Shown: positions 57,085 to 64,000 of the stretch, piece after piece
Numbering within the stretch: position 1 is the first letter of the stretch
Layout of the letters: every line of letters starts with the position of its first letter
From: Eledone cirrhosa
Taxonomy: Eukaryota
DNA length: 64,000 bases
Direction of reading: 5' to 3'
NCBI GenBank assembly: GCA_964016885.1
Contig: OZ024742.1
Coordinates: forward strand, 67,828,001-67,892,000
Made by a program: the position numbers and the translations under genes
The notes under the pieces: model-generated
Told to the model about the DNA's origin: nothing
Databases searched by the model: none
What the model saw: only the letters and a program-made list of their open reading frames with translations

Positions 57085-58624
57085 GATAGATAGATATACA
57101 TATATATAGATATAAACACACAAACACATATATATAGAGAGAGATCAAATTTATATATAGCATATATATATATATATAATTATATATGTATGTATATTTG
57201 CTTGTGCGTAACTGTATTTACATGTGTGTGTTTGCCGATGTGAACTTGCATGAGTGCCTCTGTTTATGTTCACAACTATATATGTATATGAGTGTATGAT
57301 AAAATAATGAAATAACAAACCTCATAATAATAAATAATAATTAGAACAAGGAGAAAAAGCAAAACATATAGAAACATTTTTTTTAAAATGAATTCAAAAT
57401 AAAAACAAAGAAAGGACATGAAAACAGTTATTGACGATGATAATATGTATGATGACTAAGCTGTTAATGATGCTCTTTAAGCACTTAATATGTTTTCATC
57501 GAACTTAGTAAAAAACAAACATAAAAAGCTTCCCAAAACTTTGGAAGGAAATTGCCAAGTAATAATGTAAATAAATATAAAAATTCAAGCAGAAAACTTG
57601 AATAACAAGGGTAAGAAAAGAGATTATACTGATGGAGATTACAAATGAAAGAGAGAGTAAGAAACAATGAGAAAGAGAATAAAAAGTAGAAGAATGTGGT
57701 AAAGGAGAGAAATAAAAGGTAGACAGAATTAAATGTATGTAGAGAGAAGAGAAGAAATCAAGAAATGCAGCACGAATAAAGAATAGAAGAAAATGAATCA
57801 ATGACTAAATGGTGCTATTCGTCTGACAATATATACCGTAGAACATAAGATCAGAAGTTCACGATTACAAATGTGTCCCAACTTAGCCTACACCATTTTG
57901 TATTATATAAAGAACTATATTATCTTTGATTCGTTCTATATTTAACACGACAGGGGTGATTTAAGGACGGTGTAGCTGATGTTTCTAGCATTTCCAGTGT
58001 GTAGGGGTTGTAAGCGAACATGTTCGTTCGATATATCTAATTCGAAGTTAAACAGAGGCACAGAAATGCTTGAGGACCAGATAGGAGTCAAACCCTCATC
58101 TTTATATTGATCAGATAAATAACAAATACTCCATTTTCCAGAATACACTGGATCTGAAATTAAAGAATTTCAGCAATTTAGTGAGAAGGGTGGAGCGTTG
58201 CCTATAACTCTAATTAAGCTTTTATAGATGGATATGTGAAAGGAAGGTATATTTAAACAGAAGACTTTGCATATGATGGTACTAAACCTTGCAACGTATA
58301 GAGAAGAACAAATGAGCAGGTGTTCCCATCTGACATGTTCAATCATGCGTGATTTGAACTCGAAACGTAGAAAGAGGGAACAACTATGTTGAGGAATTTC
58401 CTCCAATATATTAGATGTTGTGCCAATTGGACAAGAGGTTTTATCATACGTAATACAGTTTCCGCAATCATAGCCATATACTCGGTCTTTCTCTGCCTCT
58501 GTCCCTCTCTTTCTCTCAATATATATATATAATAATGTTTAGCTCTACACCTCGCCACTGACGTGACCCGAAACGTCGAGTGCTCACCTAGGTGAACCTA
58601 CAGTAATTTCACGTTACACTCCCT

Positions 58625-58669
<45 letters not shown>

Positions 58670-58901
58670 TAAATATAAATTCAGCGAAAATCGTATTTCG
58701 GCTTTTGGTCCATGGAGCAAGCGCTCCATGGACCAAAAGAGACCAGAGCAATACACATATGTTATAAAGGCCATACAAACTGAGACGGCGGTTAAGAAGC
58801 TATAAACCACCTAAGCCAAAAAAACGAAGCAAGCTAATCACACATATATATATATATATGTGCGTGTGTGTTTGTGTGTGTGGTGTGTGTGTGTGTGTGT
58901 G

Positions 58902-59002
<101 letters not shown>

Positions 59003-61406
59003 CTTTCTCCTTATCTGTCCCTGTCTGCTTGTGCTCGTGTGTATGCATATATGTAAATTATTTCGTTCTACCTTTTGTATATTTTCCAAATATGCTCAAA
59101 AGAGTGCATCCATTTTATATCAACTGTGCGGTGGTTATATTTAATTATAATTTTTATTGTATATTTTACAAATAACATCGTACAAAATTCTTTCATCTTA
59201 CATTATTGATCTGAACATTGTTACTCTATTCCTATGTATTCATGAAATTTTCAAGTAGTTGCTTTTAACTGTAACTACTTAGCATGCGTAGAAATACACT
59301 TGCATATCATATATAATATATGCGATTGATGCAAATTTCAGTAACCGAACAGCAGATAAGTGTCAAAGATTGGTTATAAGTGAATCAAACCAGAAACATT
59401 GCATTATTTGTACATAGATTATCAAGGTAGCAATTTTGAAAGACAATAAGCTCCATCCTAATACGTTCTGTTCTCATGTGGTAGAAAGGTGTAACTGTTT
59501 AATGCACGCTATACAGATTTATGCCGTTCAAGATTTATCCAACGGCATTATTTCATGGTGTAAGACTAACGCCTCCATGTGCAAAGTGTTCTATAAGCTT
59601 ATAGATTCTGGAGTGAAACACGTAAAAATGATATGTAATACACCCTCATAAACCTTTCTACATCACGGAGATAAAATAAACATCAACAATTGATAATCAT
59701 TACCTTACAATCTTACTTTACAATCCTTAAAAAAATCAAATACGTATCCGTTTGTATAACTCAAATACGTTTTCAAAAAGACGTTTTCAAACTCAAGGTC
59801 ACAGCATACAATGTAAGCCGTATAACACAACTAATATTATATGTAACAGAGATACTAGTTTGTTGGGTACTTTATAGATAATGTCAATAGAAAACAGTAA
59901 TTTGTAGCTGCTATATATATATATATGAATATAAATATTTTTCTTTTATTAGCAATACATATTATGATGTAACTGAGATTATTTTTCTAGAACAAACGAT
60001 GTTAATAACACAATGATTGCAATTTAGTATATACAGTATATACGTATATATATATAGAGAGAGAGAGAGACAGACAGACGGACAGAGGCACACACATATA
60101 TTGTGTGCGTAAATGTGTGTAAATCTTTGCATGTGTGTTTGTGGGCGAGTATATGTGTGCGTGTGTGTCTGTGTCTGCATTGATGAAAAACATTATTACA
60201 ACGAGAGTTCTGTAAAGCAGACCAATATTTGGTAACCAAATCTATTTCTTCAGAAAAGATGAAAAACATATCCTCAATAGAATTTGAGGTACATTCCGTT
60301 GCAAAGCTAGAACACAATTAGTAGTCAATCATTCCAAAAATTACATTTTTAGTATTATTTTTTTTACTACACATTTTTCATTATTTTTATACTTATATTA
60401 TGTTGGCTTTCTATTTTATTTTTCACATGTTTTTTTTTGTTATAATTATTATTTTTCTTCATCTTCCAAGTATTTCATCTGATATGTTTCTATGACAACC
60501 GCTATTTTCCTTTTGCATTTAATAATTTTTACATATCCTTTTTTTCTAATGATTTTTTGAATTTGCTATTTTGCTGCTTTTCTCCTGTTTTCTTCCCTAT
60601 ACTCTTGTCGCCATCTATTTGCAACTGTCTGTGTGTCTAGTTGTTCGTTTTCCTCGTCCTGCTCTTCCTCCCCCACCTCCTCTTTCTTCTTCTTCCTCTT
60701 CTACTTTTTTCCTCCTCCTCGCCCTCATCTTTGTTCTCTGTTTCTAATTTACATTCTTCTCTTTCTTCACTACCTCTCTATCATTATTGTCCTGTTTCTC
60801 CGATCAGTTTTCTTCTCGCCCCCTTACTTTTTTTACTCATTGATCCGTTTCATCTTTCATTCTGTCATCATCATCATCATCATCCGAAACATAACCACGA
60901 AAACAAACATCAATCCCAACGATATTTTATTGTAGCACCCATTAATGTAGCTCCTATTATTTTAGCACCCATAAATCTACTTTTAAACAAACACTTAATT
61001 TTATGCTTTGACAAACATTTTGTTGAACAATACTTCCTCCAATTGAAATACAGACCCCTATAACCGAACTAAATTTGTTACCCAAAACCTGGCAGTTATC
61101 AACATTCTTAGTCATAATGTCTACTTGAACTTATAACTTGCTGTCTTTTGAGGACCGTGGATAATAATTGGAGTCAACTCTGAAAAACACAAAGCAAATT
61201 CCAAACATGATAATAATTATAAACAAAGTTATCTCGAATGTTGAGTTTGAAACTAGAGTGTTTTAGAATTCGTAGAGTAATAGAAAAAACCCAAGTCAGC
61301 CGCTAGAGGTGTGTTATCCTGCAGAAGAGACGTCACTGTAAGAAAGGCACGTGGTACTTTAGATAGATAAATAGGTAGATAGATAGATAGATAGCTAGAT
61401 AGATAT

Positions 61407-61456
<50 letters not shown>

Positions 61457-61860
61457 TTCTTTATTTACCATAAAGGCATAAAAAGAAGGGACAAATACAA
61501 AGGGGGAGTTTACATATAATCGAGTAAAAAGGGTGTAACATGAAAATAATCGAAAATAACCTCAAAAGGGAGGGGACGTGATGGGGGTTGCACACACCCC
61601 CGAAAAAGTGTGCAATCCTTTGCCCGGGGAGCACATGGAGAAGGTGCTCCCCTCTCCTTTACTTCTTTACCTACAGGATGGTATACAGAGAAGGCCCATT
61701 TACACGAGCCATTCTCGCCACTATCACCCACCTTTCATAAAACTGCCCGTGGCCAAGCACCTCTCTCTCCATTCTTATCCTTCTTCCGAAGTGATATCGG
61801 AAGAAGTAGACCAGACTATGGCCAGAGAGGAAGTTGCCACAAAATTTTTTAAAACAGGTT
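61457..61860 (-). mobile_element. 3' end of an L1/Tx1-like LINE between (GATA)n tracts
   Basis: Minus-strand frame GNFLSGHSLVYFFRYHFGRRIRMEREVLGHGQFYERWVIVARMARV; 3' aataaagaa directly followed by (ATCT)n. Confidence 0.5.
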
Positions 61861-62041
61861 TTTCACCTCTAGGAGGGGTAAAGATGAGCTAACCCACCGC
61901 CTGACAGTTCAGACGGGGGGTCAAGCTACACAATTGTATCAAAATTAAGTTTGAACTCACAAAATTTCCTCAATAAATTTGAACAAAACTTTTGCGCGAA
62001 GTGAATTACATCCACACTGTAGAACAGACGACAGCTAGATG

Positions 62042-62116
<75 letters not shown>

Positions 62117-62502
62117 CATATACGTGCATGAATGTGTGTATGTGTATAAGTGAATAAATACAGAGAGAGAAATTGGGAGAGAGACAAAAGTTAGTGGTGA
62201 TGGGCGCAGATAAATATGGGGAACTCCTAGACAGGTATAGTCGCCTGTATTATATGGAATAGGTCAATTTATGATTCGTATTTTCTTGAACACTTATTTA
62301 TTGGTTCACACTCAAATACTCATAAACTCCCACTCAGTACCATACACATAAACACACACATACACGCACATAAATACACACACACACACATATTATATAC
62401 CTACTAACTTCCAGACATACATAGACGCATACACTTCCTTACATACATACCGACGTACATATGTACATATATACATATATACATACCTTCATGCATACAT
62501 AC

Positions 62503-62545
<43 letters not shown>

Positions 62546-64000
62546 CATGTTGGCTACATCTCAATTTCATGAATTGTCATCACTTTATCCAACTCCCAGA
62601 CATGGCTGACACGAAAAATACCCTTTTTCGTCTATGCCCTGTCATACTCATGCAATACACGCGAAAGATATTTAGTGATGCCTGTGCTTGAATCTTTTAA
62701 AAATGAGGAAAACCCTTGAACTGAGCCAATCCTACTCTCTGATCATAGTTAACCAAAAGCAACAACGGGTCAACATCATTAGTTGCCTTCAAATCGTATG
62801 TTTTACATCAGAGGGTTCTTTCAAATAGAATAATATCCTAACTAGGACTAGGAGTCTCTAACTCACGCCGACTAACCACACGCTCGAGCACCAAAGAAGA
62901 AATGTAAACTTGACGTGTTCGTCATTTTAAATCATAACGTAAAAGGCTAGAAGTGAATATCACAAGGCATGTTGTCCAATGCGTTAATGTTTCTGAAAAT
63001 AGAGCACAATCTAACCTACTTTATGAAATTTTACAAAAAATGTAAATCAACTGCAATCTTTGTTTTGCTATTCATGAAAGTTTTCTCATATTTTCCCTGT
63101 GTCATTTTCTGCTGTTTATTTTAATTATTATATAAGAGTCATTAATTTTTCAAGTTTTCATTTATGTTTTTTTTCTAATCTAAAACAATAAAAGAAATGA
63201 AAATATACACAATATAGTACCCCAAATTTCTGAAATACATAAAAGATAAATTACATTCACGCCTCATGAATATAGAGTCCTTGTAAGACGAATTTAAAAG
63301 GAAAAATCAATAAATATTTGACATATTTAAATATTCATTGCATCATTATTCTAAACTTTCTTCGCTATTTTATTTCTTATTTTAAATGTGAGTACATGAA
63401 TTATGATGTGAGATGTCGAAATATTGCCAAATTAACATCATTTGTAAATCACATTCACAGTGAATCGAAGAATAATTTCAAATTCATGCAGAATGTGATG
63501 ATATATTAATAGAGGATTTTCATATTGGTGGGGTGGCTATCAATATTCGTAGGTCCTCATCCTGCTAACCAAGTGTACTATATCTTCGCCAAAGTGAAGC
63601 TGACTTTAAACTACCGATATCTTTTCTAACGGTTTTGGAGATTTACAGTTCTTACATCAACAATACTGAATACACAATGTAGTTTAAATTGTTGAGTATT
63701 TCACAATTGCGTATCTTTAAGGTAATCATGATGTCATGACTCCTACCATATCCATTTATACTCACTCATATACAGTAATTGTTTATTGCATCAGAACGTT
63801 ATACCAGGAGTATAACGACAAATCATATTCAATTACATTACTCTATCTTTAGTTTATGTACTTGTTGACCTTTTTGTGAGAGTAATGTTGGTGTTTTCAT
63901 AGACTGTTGTCAAATACAGAGCTCATAACCAGGCCCCTAGGAGCCAGTGACTATATCGTGTCACTGACTTTTCTCAGTGTTATTGGTGCCTCGAAGATAT

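Noticed and set aside
57860-58450. Possible CR1/L2 RT C-terminal relic (ISIYKSLIR on the minus strand)
   Set aside because: Too degenerate to call by eye
58552-58592. ctgacgtgacccgaaacgtc minimal HHR
   Set aside because: A9 is missing and stems I and II do not pair convincingly

Overview
AT-rich, microsatellite-dense eukaryotic (animal) DNA. The tRNA-derived SINE and repeat landscape resemble octopus/cephalopod genomes; this is an inference. Almost all ORFs in the supplied track are microsatellite artefacts. Real content: (1) a near-complete Penelope-like retroelement (RT + C-terminal GIY-YIG) with ~856 bp direct pLTR-type repeats at 34822-38815, plus three truncated GIY-YIG remnants; (2) many short non-coding elements sitting in or beside (TA)n, with partial tandem and inverted repeats, that carry type I hammerhead ribozyme (HHR) motifs. 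I read about 20 complete or decayed motifs from about 10 families by eye. They include recurrent non-canonical cores (CCGAAGA, CAGAAGA), long stem II insertions, palindromic stem III, and two circularly permuted retrozyme-like units; (3) SINE copies with target-site duplications and a 6-unit tandem array; (4) RTE and L1/Tx1-like LINE fragments and a Helitron-type 3' end; (5) one probable host coding exon at ~51053-51251. All structures were read manually and are untested.
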